From: Magallana gigas
Lineage: Eukaryota
DNA length: 64,000 bases
NCBI RefSeq assembly: GCF_963853765.1
Contig: NC_088861.1
Coordinates: forward strand, 40,796,001 to 40,860,000
Reading direction: 5' to 3'
Below are positions 1 through 14,700 of this stretch, piece by piece. Made by a program: the position numbers and the translations under genes. Within the stretch, counting starts at the first letter, position 1, and the number at the start of each line of letters is the position of its first letter. The notes under the pieces are model-generated. The model was not told the origin of the DNA, did not search any database, and saw nothing but the letters and a program-made list of their open reading frames with translations.

Positions 1-111
1 TTCTTCTAAAATCTCCTCCTCCTCTTCTTCTTCTTCTTCACTTGATGATGTCCCCCTTTCCTCTCTCAAGAATTTCTCTTCACTGTTTGTTGATTTCAGC
101 TCTTCCAATTC
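1..111 (-). CDS. PARP4: PARP4 next coding exon (Glu-rich, truncated by window edge)
   Basis: tcattaaag|ELEELKSTNSEEKFLREERGTSSSEEEEEEEEEILEE. Confidence 0.7.
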
Positions 112-3100
112 CTTTAATGAAAACAATTTCATGTAAAATTGATTGCTAAAATGAAAATGAACCGATCTCAATGACATTTAATTCAGTGCCTATGGCATTA
201 AACAGTCAGACTATACTGTGTACCAGTTAATGGTACAGTATGTTAATTAACAACCCTGCAGGGAATATAACTATCGTTGAAACTTCATTTTCCATAATAT
301 GCATCTTCCCAGCACCCAAATTTGACAACAGTAGAGCAAGTTATGAATCTTGAATACCTATGGTAAATGACACGGAATAACGGTAAACACTTGAGGTCTG
401 CAGTGTCTCAGTGTTCCGACCCCCACTACCTTATCTTAAGAAGTAGAAGATACACTGTCAGGCTTGTACATGTAGGTGTGAAAGTTAAAAACCAAGTGGC
501 AAGCCAGAGACAGGCTGAAAAAGCTATGCCATTATATGTGCTATGTCATTATATGTGCTATGTCATTATATGTGCTATGCCAATATGCGTGTCAGGCAGG
601 GGTTTCCATGGCATTCGCATCTAAGTGAGACCATGACTCTCATCAAGACATAAACAGAGCAACCTATATGATGTATTCTGGGATATCAAACCATGGTATT
701 AGGTACCATTAGGTAACAAACATGTTTTAAGATGACTACAGATAACTATACAGTATAAACATTGTTTCTCAGATTAATCTTTACATGTATATATAATAGA
801 TATATACTATAAGACAGAGCTAATTTTAAATAGCTAGTGAAATTTCATTGGTTCAGAACTGTTTTATTTGTTTAATAAACAGCATTAATATGCTGAAAAT
901 CTTATGGATTAACTACAGTTAGCACAGATTTAAATGGTAACCTCATTATCCGATGATGCATAAAAATTATTATACAGCATGTCTACACCCCCCATCGCTG
1001 GAGAAGAATCTGGGACTGCCTCATCCTGAAATACAAAACAAGAATCTTGGTTAGATCAAAAGGTGAAAGATAAAGCTTCAGAGCTGTTGGAATTTTGTTT
1101 ACCCCACCATATTTTCACTCTTCCTCAATTATCTCCCCTTTAAAGGTGACCTTGCCCTTCATTTGAACAAAACAGGACACCCTCCCCCCAAAAATGTTTT
1201 ACGCATAGTTTGGTTGAAATTAACCCAGTGTTCTGAAGAAAAGATAATGTGAAAAGTTTACAATAAAGACAAAATAAACGCTGACGTTGAAAGGCAATAG
1301 ACATATTTTAATCAGGGAAGCTTACTGGAGCCTTTATTAACTCAGCTAGGTGAGCTAAAAAATAAAATCATTGGCTCAAATCTCTAAGTTTTCAAAGATT
1401 TGATTGGACTGTTACCTCATTGTCCCAAGATAGGTAAGTCAGCACATCTACATCCTCCTTGGTCAGTAAGTCCTTTATAACTGGGGCAGAGTCCGAGACA
1501 ACCTCATCCTGAAATATTGTACAAATTATCGACCAATGAATTGATTTACTGATCATATGGAGTCTAACTATAACCAATCATCTACACTATTTTGAGGAAT
1601 AGAATATCTTCAAATACTGAAGTACTTAATAGAAATGACATTTCTTCATATTCTCTAATTAATAGGGATGGGACGATATTTGGATCGATACATTTTCCAT
1701 TAATACAACGATACCTTACCGAACTTTTTTTAATTTTACCAGGATGCGTAATTTTAGTTACTGACAGTGTGCTAAATTTTTAGTTATTGAACAAATTAAG
1801 AAAGTGGGCCCAGTTATTATTAACTTTTCACCTCAAGTTTCAAAGTGAAACAAATTTTATCGGATCCCAATCATAAAAGTAAACAACATTTACCTTTTCT
1901 CGTTTTTCAATGGCTACAAAGCTGGTCAGTGAGGTCACAATGGAGTACCTCTTGCTCAGCTCAATGACGTATTGTTTCAGGTTCATTTTCTTAACCTGTG
2001 GGTGCAAAAAGTGCAAAAAATGAAATACTGTATACAGGGTTATTTTAGCCCCGAGTAATTTTCGCCCTTCTACACTTGCAAACAGTTTCGCCCCATATTG
2101 AATTCACCCAGACACAGTTGTATTTAAAGAGATAATATAAGACTGTCACATTAGAAATCCCCAGTCTTGAATTCGCCCACAGACATGAAGGCGAAAGGGG
2201 CAAAAATAAAACGGAGAGGGATATTTCCCAGTATACAGTAATCATACTCTAAATCTCAATAGTCTTCCCTGAAGTCCCTTCTTCTGTTATTTTGTAGGCA
2301 CACAAGACAGAATTTTCCATGTGAACTTTACACAAAGATCTCAGAAAGGGAACAGGAAAAAAAAAAATGGACATTATGTGTAAGTACTGCATTGTTTACC
2401 TCATGGCCGGTCCTATCAGGGGAGAGAACTCCGTCCTCCCAATCTCGGATCACTCCCTTGGCAGTTAATCTGTGCAGCATCTACAAGCAGAATCTCAACA
2501 ATGACACGCAGTGTTAAAATGGTATCAGTTGTATATCATCTCACAAGATGGTATGTTATTGATAAACCACAGTGTACATTATTAAGAAAATCTGCTTATA
2601 TATCAATAAATACTAGTTGTTATCAATTTATACATGTACCATTTTTCTGAAATCTCTGAATTATAACAATGTAACTATGATAATTAAAAGCATTATATCC
2701 TTTAGATAAGAATCTAGCTTTTATGTACCAGTAGTTTGAACTCTTACCTTGCCCTTTGTAACACTGAGGTCAGAGGTCGAGACAATAGTAGATATCTCTT
2801 GAACACCAATCTTTGCTTTTAGGGTAGCCTAATATATGTAATATACCAATAATTAACTTACAGCTGATTGGATTAACTGTTAAAAATTGAGACAAAATAC
2901 TGCCAAAGTGGCACCATTTATATTCATATTAGCTCAATTTCTGGGGATTTCCTCCATACCCCTTACTCATAAAATTGCATCCTCTATAAAAAGTTGGTTA
3001 CAGTATAAAATAAAGCCAGTCACCATGTAGCAGTTGTCCACGAATCCGTAGACCACTTGGCGTGAGCCGTTGAACAGAGCGGTGATTTGCTGTGGAGCTT

Positions 3101-4919
3101 GTATTGGTGCAGGGTGCTGGTCGTCATGGCGCCAGTCAACGGACACCGAGGTCAGCACTGGCTGGGCCGCTTTCTGTAACTGGGATCTGACCTGACAAGA
3201 CAAATAAAAAACATATGACTGCCGTCATGAGAAAAGGGCCCTTATCTTTTGACGTCACAATGCTCAGAAAACGACGTCAAAGTAGCGGCATTGTAAACGC
3301 AGTTTTCCTATTTGCTCTTTTTATTTTTTTTCTGCGTCTGTGTTGTGCTTCTTGAATAACTAGAGTCTGGCCTTGTTTTGATACCGCGATTAATATTTTT
3401 TCAATAAAATATTACATGTTGATCTAAAAAATAATCATTTTATAAATGAAATATACAAATGTAACGTAAATATCTACACATTTCTAACGCGTAATATTGC
3501 ACTAAATTTGATGTTGAAATGTCATAAAAATGCTGCTTTTGCATCAGCTATGAAACTTAAACACCACATTTTCCATTCAAGTGTGTGATGAAAATATATA
3601 TGCTCTAATTGGGATATTACTTTATTTTGTTTTTGTAAATCGTCGTTAGTCACCAAAGGCCCGTCTCGCATATGCGTACTTATTGCGTGTGATTGAATGC
3701 GACTGATCGTTGATTTACGATGATGATTTATAAAGAATTCTGAGTAAAAGTGTACAACTTTAGTTTGCATTAGCAATACATGTATGATTTTTTAAAGTGA
3801 AAAACAAAAACTACACTGCATACTCGTAGTTGATAAGAGGGGTTGAAGGCCGAGACATACCGAATCGATGCAGAGCAGTATTTCTCAAATCAAACAGTTA
3901 TCTGCGCAGTAATTACTGTGAAACAATACAAGTCAAATATTTCAAAAGATTTTTTTTAAATAGCTCACCTCACGGAATACGATTCTACACCATTTCTTAA
4001 ATAATTCAGAAGGAACAAGAGAGAAGCGGCTTTATCTAATTATAGTGCTACGACCAACATGCAAAACATTTTTCCCATAATTCTATTACTAAAGAATTTG
4101 CGATCAAATTTTGAAATTATTTAACAAATTAAAACGCATGTAACTAACGGATTCGAAAAGTTTGAGATTTTTTTTTCACAGCGTAAAAATCAACTCTAAT
4201 ATATCGCATTTGATCTCATGGAAAAATCTTCGTGACATTTTCATGTAAAGTGCCTTTAATGAAACGACATAAAATTATATTTGCCTGTACGAATGAAAAA
4301 CACTTGTGTATTTTTTCAGCGCAACATATTTTATTTTCTTGTGCAATTTAACAACCCAGATCCACTTGTTGTGTGTACTTTTTGAGCTATTTTACGTAAA
4401 ATTAAAAAAAAATCAATCACAACATGCCTGAAAACTCATCACACATTTTCATGGATTTCTAGCATTTTTATATGATTATCAATATTCATCTCAAATCAGT
4501 AACGTACATGATTCAAAATTCCTTAAACTAAAAGGTTTGTAAATGCAGTCATTATACTACTATACTTTTGATATCAAGTCGATAAAATTGCCGTTTTATA
4601 CATAAACAATTCATGTTTATTGATAAATATAATTAAAATACTTACAATTCATAGCATGCATGGACGTACAATTCATCTTCATAAATGATTGTTTTTCATC
4701 CTTTCTTTTATATACAAGAAACAAATTTCGATGATACTGAAGTCAGTGTTTATGTGTGCGTGAATGTTACAATGTACAGCAATAAAAAAATCTGAGAATC
4801 GCGATATTTCTTAAAACTTCGGAATACCGTATGCAACTGTATGCACTCTATAAACGACCTTTATTTAATTTTTCATCTTTTTTTAAATTGATAATCACTC
4901 GGCCGATATTTGTATTTAA

Positions 4920-4956
<37 letters not shown>

Positions 4957-7900
4957 ATATAAGCTACGTCTATCGGCACTGAACTATCGATTAGTGAAAA
5001 AAAATTGGACATAATAAATGCAGAAGTCTTATTGAAAGTTACATGAACATGTAATCTTGCATTTTGAAGAAAAAGATTGTAAATAATGTTTACAATGTAT
5101 ATATAATAAATTATTTCAACGATTATGGTTTATAAAAATCGCATCACAAAAATACAACGGTACGCATGAACAAAGCAATTGAATAAAATTGTAGATTCAG
5201 TACGTTTTTTTTTTTTTTGGGGGGGGGGGGAGTCTGTCGTATTTGATACATTTAATTAGGTGTGTACGAGTATGTTTAAACAATAAACATAAACAAAAGG
5301 TAGCGATTAATACCGAAAAGATTAACGTAACCCGCATTCTGTAATGTGGCTATCTCTATAGCCCGCATGTATCACCAAAAAAGCATTTTATTGTTTATAT
5401 GTACATCTTTCTTTTAATGAATTAATGAATTGATTTGATCGTAATAAGTAAGTGAAAGTCACTAAATTATTGCTAATGTACACCAGTGCGTTAGATAAAA
5501 GCTGTAGCCAAGCGTCTTATATGGGAATTTGAGTTTGACATTATCATGATTAGTTCGTGCAATCCGTGATATTTCTTAGGTTTCTGAAGATTTCGACCGA
5601 TCGATAAACTGCATGGTTAGAACTTGACCGAGGAGATTTCAGTCTCGATACAGCTGTGAATTACAATAAATTTTCGTAAGAAATAGAGGGAATCATACTT
5701 AGTGGATGTAAATTTAAATCTATAAATATAAGATGCCATTTTTTTGTAAAATCTTTTCTCCACATTTTTGTAGTTGGAACTTTCCAGTGAGACAATCAAA
5801 GCAATTTTTTTCACCAGCAATTTCATAAGAATAAAGTATTGGTAACGTACAAAAGAGAAGAGAAATCGGGAAAATAATTTAACACAATATAATTCCGAGT
5901 TTCAAAAACAGCTATTGATTTTAAACTTGCATCAGAACTATAAAGATACTTAAAATTTAATATCGGTAAATATGCGATAAAATTTCCGTGCAAAAGGTTG
6001 ATAAAAAAGAATAAATATTTCTCTTTTTGAAAAGAAACTTGTGTTTGCCCCAAAATTGTGGAAACATAGGCATCGATTTTGACAGTCTATATCTTTGTTA
6101 CATGTTTGCTAATTTGCCTCTCTGCAGCTAATATAACTTTGATGCATTTAAAGGTTGGGGAGAAGATGATATTTGTTTTCTTTAAATATCCTTTATCTAT
6201 CTATTTATCTTATTTTTTTTGGGGGGGGGGGGGGGGTTGCATGTGGATTTATCGGAAGTGTTTCTGGATTAGCTGCAGAACTTAAAATATATCTGGATAT
6301 TCAAAATGTTTTGCTCTCTTCTGTTAAAATTGTAAGAAATCTAGAATTGTAGAAAATTATTATTTAATTCTACTTCAAACAATTAAAGACGGTGTGAAAG
6401 GAACCATTATGATAGAAGAAAAAAAATGCAAAACAAAATTTGACGTTCGTGACGTCGTGACGTTTTCGACCAGCTACGTCAAAGTCGTGTTAACATGTCG
6501 TCTTAAAATTGTCATAAAATGCTTAAAACACATAAGATCTTGGATATCTTTGTATATTTGTATTCAGAAAGAGTTGACAAATCGGAATTGACAAAAAAGT
6601 AAGTTTGTGAAATTTTGACCTTAAGGGCCCTTTTCTCGTGACGGCAGTCATATAATTATTGAAAGTCTCCATTACTTTTTAGTAATATAATGGCATATTC
6701 TATAAAATTCTACAATTTGGATGAATTGTAAATGTATACATACCGTTACATGGTGGTAGATTTTAGTGCAATAGAATTGCTTTTTAATATATTCATAACT
6801 GCTTAATTATATCATTCTGTCACCTTATTTTGAATTCCCAATTGGATTTGAACTTAGAACCATAGAACTTACCTTATCTTCCCACTTGGATTTGAACTTG
6901 GAATCATAGAATTCATTAGAGCCTGCTCCAACTCTGGCTATTGCTTTCAGGAGATGACGATTTGCTACAGAGCTGTTGGTGAGAGAAATTACAACATTGT
7001 AACTTCTCATTATGCTTGCAAACTTAAGATTGTTTTATGTTTCATAAATATTATCAAAACATAGAAAAGTTCCACCAATTTGAGGCCAATATTGCAGTTA
7101 TTATGTTGCTATTTTACAATTATGGCTCTTCCAAATCATGACACATATTGTAGTATAGAAGAAATGAAACAATTCAATACTTTATCATTAAGTATTGGTA
7201 AAAATATTTCTAGCAAATATGGAGATTTTTAATCCAATAGAATTTCATGACTCTAAGTATCTTTACTTGACAAACAATCAAAACATGTAATTCTGACAGC
7301 AAAAGGATCAGAGACAAATTTGACATTGCCCTGTGCATTACACTGTGATTTTCTCTACTCTTTTCCTTCTTGATGGGACGCCATTCCATCACAGGTATCC
7401 CTAACTACTGGCATAAGCCAGCTAGTACCCATTGAAACTAGGTTGACCGAAAAAATACAGATAAAGTGCCTTGTCTAACAACACAGCACACAACATCAAG
7501 TGACCAAAGCAGGCTTGAACCAGTGACCTTTAGGTTACTGGCTTAACATGTATGACCACTGAGCCACATACAGAGCTTAACTCGTTCTTTACATACTGTA
7601 GATTCCTAATTACAAGCGAGGAGTTAATATCCTTGTAAAATCGCGAGAAAAACATCTTGCGAATTTTAAAATTTCGCTTTCATTTTTCGGACATATGTAA
7701 AATATAAGTAACTTTGACTAAAATTCGGCATTCGCGATTTTATGTTCTTGCGATTTAGTGGAAAACGGATGAATCACGGAATTAGGTACTCACGTAAAAT
7801 AAGGAATTTATAGTACCTGATTCCTATAGTGAAGACCCTTGTGTGTTGAGAGTTCTGGGATATTTTGACCAGAGTATCCTCATCATTGTTGATATAGCCA

Positions 7901-8712
7901 TCAGAGAAAAGGAAGATGTTCCTGGTGGAACTCTCTGATTTAAGGAGGTAGTAAGAGTGTAAAGGCCTGCAGAGTTCAGTATTACCCTGGTTTGCTTGTA
8001 ATTTCTGCAATAAATGTCAACACATTCATAATTTTTTTTACAATGTTTTCCTTACTTTTGTGGTATATCTACATGTATATGTATTTGCATATGTTTGATT
8101 CCGGAAATTTATAGTCCGTCTATATTTTTGAAAAAAAAATATTGATGCCTTGTCTATATTTATTTAATTTTTTTCATCTATAAACCTTCAAATATCACCA
8201 TCATCGGTCTCTCAACAGACTCTCTTGATGGTCTTCAGACCAAGTTCTCCCCTCTCCCTAGCTTCTTCAGCAATAATTAAGATGATAGATATTATAATAT
8301 CATTTCTCTCTCTTAAGTTTTAAAATGAATAGAATTTCATACAATCTCTGTTATCTATGTTCAATATTTCATTTAGTCTAAGATTAATAAATTTGCAAAT
8401 CTGCGTTTTATTTTTCGACATTTTGTAATTCAGAGGCAAACTGAATATAATGGACCTGAGTTGGTGTTTAAAAGATGTTTTTGTCTTGTTTTATTATATT
8501 ACACGTCTTTTCATGACTACATGCTTGTACATGACTAGTACAAATACATTTGTTTGTGTAACTGGCAGACCTGAATATGCTGCCTTGCTGTCTGTACATT
8601 GAATTTATTGGCTGGTAGACTCGATGGGAAAAGTTCTCTGAATGCTGAAAAGACAAAAAACCATAAAATTTTACAACTACATGTACCTAATAATTTCCAT
8701 TTTGGACTAGCT

Positions 8713-8783
<71 letters not shown>

Positions 8784-11700
8784 AACTATACCTGTCCCGA
8801 ATGAGACCACATTGAACCTCCATGTTGGATCCATGAGATGTAACACAAGGAGAGCAGCCTTTTTGGCATCACGGTGGGAGGAGTCCTTCATTGAGTTGGA
8901 GCTGTCAATCATCAGGATGACCTCAACCTCTGACTCCTCATCAGCCTCAAACTCCGGGTAAAAGGTCAACATGCATGCCTAGTAAAGTCACAAGCTGTCA
9001 GATTGACTGTCACTTTAGGTTATTTGAATGTTCAAAACTTTAAGATCCAAACCAAGCTATAGAGCTATAACAAAGCCCAATGGTGAGGACTTACATAACT
9101 AATGCCTGATGTCTATTTCAATAATGTTTATTCCATTAAGATACCAGTAATATAATTTTTCAAAATGTATAAAAATGTAAAATGTAAAAAATGTAAAATG
9201 TATAAAAATGTAAAATGTATTTTAAATGCAATACTACGCAATCAGCTTTGCCTCCAAAAAAAGCTGCTGTCTTGTGGACAATGAACTTGCTCTCGTCCTC
9301 TTGCTGGATAATGGGTAAAATATTATATTTCATCTTTCTCTGCTTTCTAAATTTTATCTTTATTTAATCATCATTTTTACAAGCAACCCAATTGTAAATA
9401 TAAATTAAATTAAAACTATTCCCTGAGAATTCCATATATTTCCAGACTCACCTGTGACCCTCCTTCATCGGACTCGACCCACATCCGCGGAACGTGGATT
9501 TCTGCTAGACCGATCAGAAGCTGGAATCCATCCTCCAACATCTGATTGTCTTTCATCTGCACCACGGCCTTTGTAGCTGTCCTCTGTGAATAATATAATT
9601 AGTAATTTTGTAGTGTTTTTAATACATAGGAAAATTGCCAGCTTGCTTTTAGAAGTTTTGACAATGTACATCTTATTTCAATATGTGCAATGTATCTTCT
9701 CTTCCTATCACAAGTTTAGCCTACATGTGAGTTAAACAGAATAATCCTGTTACAACATAATTATAACATTAAACCAAAATCATTACATGTATAAGAAAAG
9801 TGGATAATGTCCCCCTCATCCAAGCATTCCCCCGGATGTGATGGATGAGGGGCATTCTTGGAAGACAGCCTGAGGCTGAGGAGTATCAAGTAGCATTATT
9901 TCCTGGCTATTATGCTCGGGATCGCCCTTCAAAAAAGCTAAAAACCTACCTGGAAGTGACGTCACATACCGTATAAATAGTGCTCCCACTGTGATAAACA
10001 CTCATAATTTTAAAGCAGATTTATTGTCAAATATGTATTTTAATTTGAGGTGGGATAAACAATTCTCAAAACCCATACAGGGAGGGAACCTTGATACTCC
10101 TCAGCCTCAGGCTGTCTTCCAAGAATGCCCCTCATCCATCACATCCGGGGGAATGCTTGGATGAGGGGGACATTCTTTTCATCCAGCCTTCGGCATATCG
10201 GAGTATCAAGTAGCATCTTCAAAGTATTTGACAATAAATAAAAAATCCTTCCAAATAGAGAAGATTCTCAATCAATGATATAAATAAACATAGACCATTT
10301 TAATAAATCAACTTTGGTTTCATCATGTGGAAACACAAAATTGCTTGATCATCTTAGCCACAAAACACATCAAATGTACCCATTATTTTCCCCACCAATT
10401 TCTTTAATAATTGCGCATGTCCATATTGTGGCTGCATGATTAATGTTTTCTCAGAAAATAATGTTTTAAAACCATTCTGCCTCATTTCTCTGTGATATAA
10501 ATAAATACATTGTTTGTAAAATCCAAACTATATCTAATTTTCTGTCTGTAAGATGTTAATAGAAAAAAGAATGAATTGCATTCATTGAAATGTCAGATTT
10601 TACTGTCTGATGTATATAGGGTACATATACACTTATAATACAGCTATAATGTAATCAAATGTATGATCTTCTAGCTTCCAATGTAATGTAGAAAACAAAT
10701 GTTTTCTTCCTTGAATATAAAGTACCTGTATCATATTCATGTATGATTAAGTTTTGCAACATAACTAAGGTACAATGACCCTCTGATCAGAAAAATATTC
10801 ATTCTTCATGAATTACCTATATGTCAATCATTCTTTTGTAAACTAAAATCATATTTATATTACATGTATGTCCTATTTTGTCTAGCTCATATAGCTATAT
10901 ATTAGGATAAGTTAAGTTTTCTTTGAAACTTTAGATATTATCAGTAAAAGCAATATAGTATTCACTTGTGTACAGAAGGATGTCAGGTATAATCTTGTCT
11001 GATGTCTTTGAACATCAACGTTCCTTCCTTTGAAAATTCTTAAATCAATATCTATGACTTTCCTGGTATGTGGTATTTATACAAAAATCAAAATGCTAAT
11101 CTTTCATAACACATCCATTTTCAATTGATATATTAATACACTGTACAACCAAACTCTGCATGAATTAATTAGTTTTAAGAAAACTAATCTCAAAACTTGC
11201 AATCTTTTCTAAATTTGATAATTATATCTTCAATATGATTTAAGTTAATATAAATGACCTATAAAGATTTTAACCTCTAGCTAGGTACTGTTTTCTCTAA
11301 GAATATATGGAATTCACATTGCATTGTCCATAAATCTAATATATGTATCATAATAAACAATCTATTACATGTATTTACATATACATGTATATTCATGGAG
11401 TATATATAACTTTTCCCTATAAAGTGGGAACATTGTATGACATTAATTTTTTGTGTATTAACAATTTATGACAAGATATGAAATCTAATATTAAGTTCTT
11501 TGTAATGTCATTTTTTGGTCGTCAATATATCTATATTCATGTAATCACAACAAGACCAACAATTGGGAACTGTAAACAGAACTATTTTTGCCCCATGTTA
11601 TTTTCTTAGATTGTAAACAGTTTTGTCCCAATTAAAACTTGCCCAGACAAAGCTTTGTTCATCGAGAGACAATGTAGGGCATTGTAATTCGCCTATAGTC

Positions 11701-14700
11701 TTTATTAATTCACCCACTGGCAAAAAGAGGAACAAATGTGTTCCCTGTAATCTTTCTTGGAATTTATGAATCAGATATGTTATATCTAGTGTAACATTAT
11801 TTACATATATGCCAGCAGCTAAATATGAGTAAACATTTCTTCAATAGTAAATATTGTACTATAATATCTTTGTCCTTTGATCGAGTGATATGATTAAACA
11901 CAATCACTATCTTGAAATAACTTATTATAATCAAATTCCATAATATGAAATAAGCGAAAGTATAAATCTTGTTAATTCATATATTCAATCAATATAACAC
12001 AATTAGAAAATACAGAAAAAGAACTTTCTCAATCTTTTGTAAAGAAATTCAATCATCTTTAATATTTAAAAGTTTTTCCATCATTTTAATTTTCTGTTTC
12101 AGCTACTACATAGCCTTATTTCCGATTCAAATTCTAAATATTACCAGAAACGTTCTAAAATCTGTTTTAAATTTGTAGTATCATATATACTAAACACCAT
12201 TAGCGAGTAAATACATACACTGTAACATTTGTCTTTTCATGAAGACTTCAGTTATGATGATAAGTTCTAAAGAGATAATCAATAATTATTCACATATACT
12301 GGAAACCATTCCAATGCATCAACTAATACATATATGGTAAGTATATAATAAATGTATGAAAATCAGCTTGTTCTTTGCTTTTTCTCAATATGAACATTGT
12401 AAACATGGTACTTGCTAGTGTATCGTAATTCCAAATTAAAGTTACTCATGTAACCCATCTTGTATCAAGAGAATCTCAAAAAATCAAATTTCAGTGTCTC
12501 TATAAATATATAATCAAACATATTCTCATGTTTCAGTATATTCAATACTCTATTCAATAACTTATAACTGTTTATTGCCAATTTACCATTCAATTATATC
12601 TCTTCCATTGCAATATTCTATTACAGATGTATTTTTACATTTATAATCCTTATCACTGGATTTTCCCTAAAGAGGAAGGTTGTAAAACAACTGATCTCCA
12701 TTGACAATTTGTCTTGGTATAAAATTGCTTGCATTTCATGATCTAGACAGGCTAGTATATATAGCTTTTATATTTGATCTAATTCTACATGACATATGGT
12801 AAAAATTTAATTCACCAAATTCTTAGGATAGAAATAAAAGATGGTCACATATAGTCTCTTTCTTTAATATATACCATACTCTTTCATTTCAATCTAATTG
12901 AACATGTACCATACTTTGGTAATAAGTTTTAATGTTTATTGTTATAACAAATAGGGTTATAGTGAACATTGTATTATTTATGGATTTTCATTCTCATCAC
13001 ATTGATCCTCTTTCACTCTGAACCTTTTCTTTTGTATTATATCTCAGGATTTCAGCAATGTATCAAACAACTTCATTTCTTTATGTCATACATTGTCATA
13101 ACAATACTTATCAAGCCTTAGTTTCCATGAAGTCGATCTTCATTTAAATTAGCTTAAAATAAATTCATGTATTGTGTCTGAAATCAAATCATCTAAGTCA
13201 ATAAGTGTTTGGTTCTTTGTTCCTCAAATCATTCCCATGAATCATATAATGATGTGCAGGTTTATGACTTTTGTAATAATTATGGATGCAAAAAACAATT
13301 AAATAGTAAAACCATATTACTAGTAATTATTTGACTGAATACATGTATATTACCGGTACATGTACTTGTTTTAAAAGTACTTTTCAAGTCAAGTATCCTA
13401 ATGTTTGTTTGATTTCTCTCTATTACTAACTTAGACATATATATGTCTTTCATTCAAATTTTTTAATCAATACCGGTACTCCTGTTTTCAACATTCACTG
13501 TCACTTCAGTCAAACTTTATAACTCTTAACTCAAACTTTATATCTGAATAAAACTGCACAAACAATTGATTTGATTCAAAACACTGCATAAATTGTCTTT
13601 TGCACCCATTCCAAACAGTGATCAATTGAATTCTCTAATATTTTATGAATCAGTTCGTCTTTCAAAAAATTTATGATTCTCCAAGATTTTAAGTTTCTTT
13701 CTTCCAAACTTCACAACATGTATAACTTCGTCTGTACAATGTAATATAAATAAATGTAATGTAGACAATCATCTTTTCTGTGACAACAATAACTTGAAAA
13801 CACCATATATTATGTGGTATAGAAAACATATGTATATGTAAGCTTCTCATCCCAGAATTAAAACATTTTACAGCCAATGTATAAATGCTCTGAGAAGCAG
13901 AATAAATTCAAGTTCATTTGTGCAATTTCTTGTTTGGTCTTCAATGACACCAAATTATATTACTGATATCATCAGTTGTACTTATTTCAATCATGTGCAA
14001 ACTGATGCCTTGAATACTTCTTTTTTTTTTTTTTTTTTTTATGATCAATAAACCAACATTAATTTCATGTAAAATATTGCATCAGCCTGTTCAGATGTTC
14101 TAAATTGACATCTTCTTTCGCTACATGATTTTGTACAGTTGTATTATTAACCTGACTGTTATTTTGTTCAAACTTCAGACCTTTGGTCATTTTACTATGA
14201 TCACTACATTTTGTAAATTATATGTCGTAAACCAATTATCTCCAGTATCAGTCAGCCGTTAAGAGAAATTCCATCTCTTGTCTCATTTATATCCGTGATA
14301 TTGAGATCAATAAAACCATAAGAAATCTGAACACAGCGTGTTCTAATTGTACTGTACTATTTAATATATATGTACACAGCGTGTATATTATTCAACTTGC
14401 GATGTAAATTTTTTTTTTTATAGTAGTCAAATTTCTGAACACAACGTGTTTTATAAACGTACTATCAACCAATACACAACGTGTACTGTAAAACTTGCGG
14501 TAAAATATATTCACGACAAAATTCTGAACACAGCGTGTTCTAATCGTGCATTCAACAAATACACAACGTGTATTGTACAACTTGAGTTGTAAAACCACAT
14601 GAACCATGTGTAAAACGAAATGCACGGATTATCAATCCTTTCAAACCAAGACTTCGTCATTGGTAGATTTAATTCGTTTTTAAAGGCTTTACAAACCTTG

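Noticed and set aside
367-624. Additional PARP4 exon between 942 and 111
   Set aside because: No open phase-0 frame with credible AG/GT boundaries was found; the region includes a 17-bp minisatellite.
7500-7572. tRNA gene (also ~56960-57026)
   Set aside because: A/B boxes are present but no complete cloverleaf could be built, and both continue into SINE body sequence.
8535-8972. RERERE, LSLSLS and IYIYIY ORFs (also 37622, 45258, 45292, 60391)
   Set aside because: Read-through into (GA)n/(TA)n microsatellites; only the PARP4 exon portions are real.
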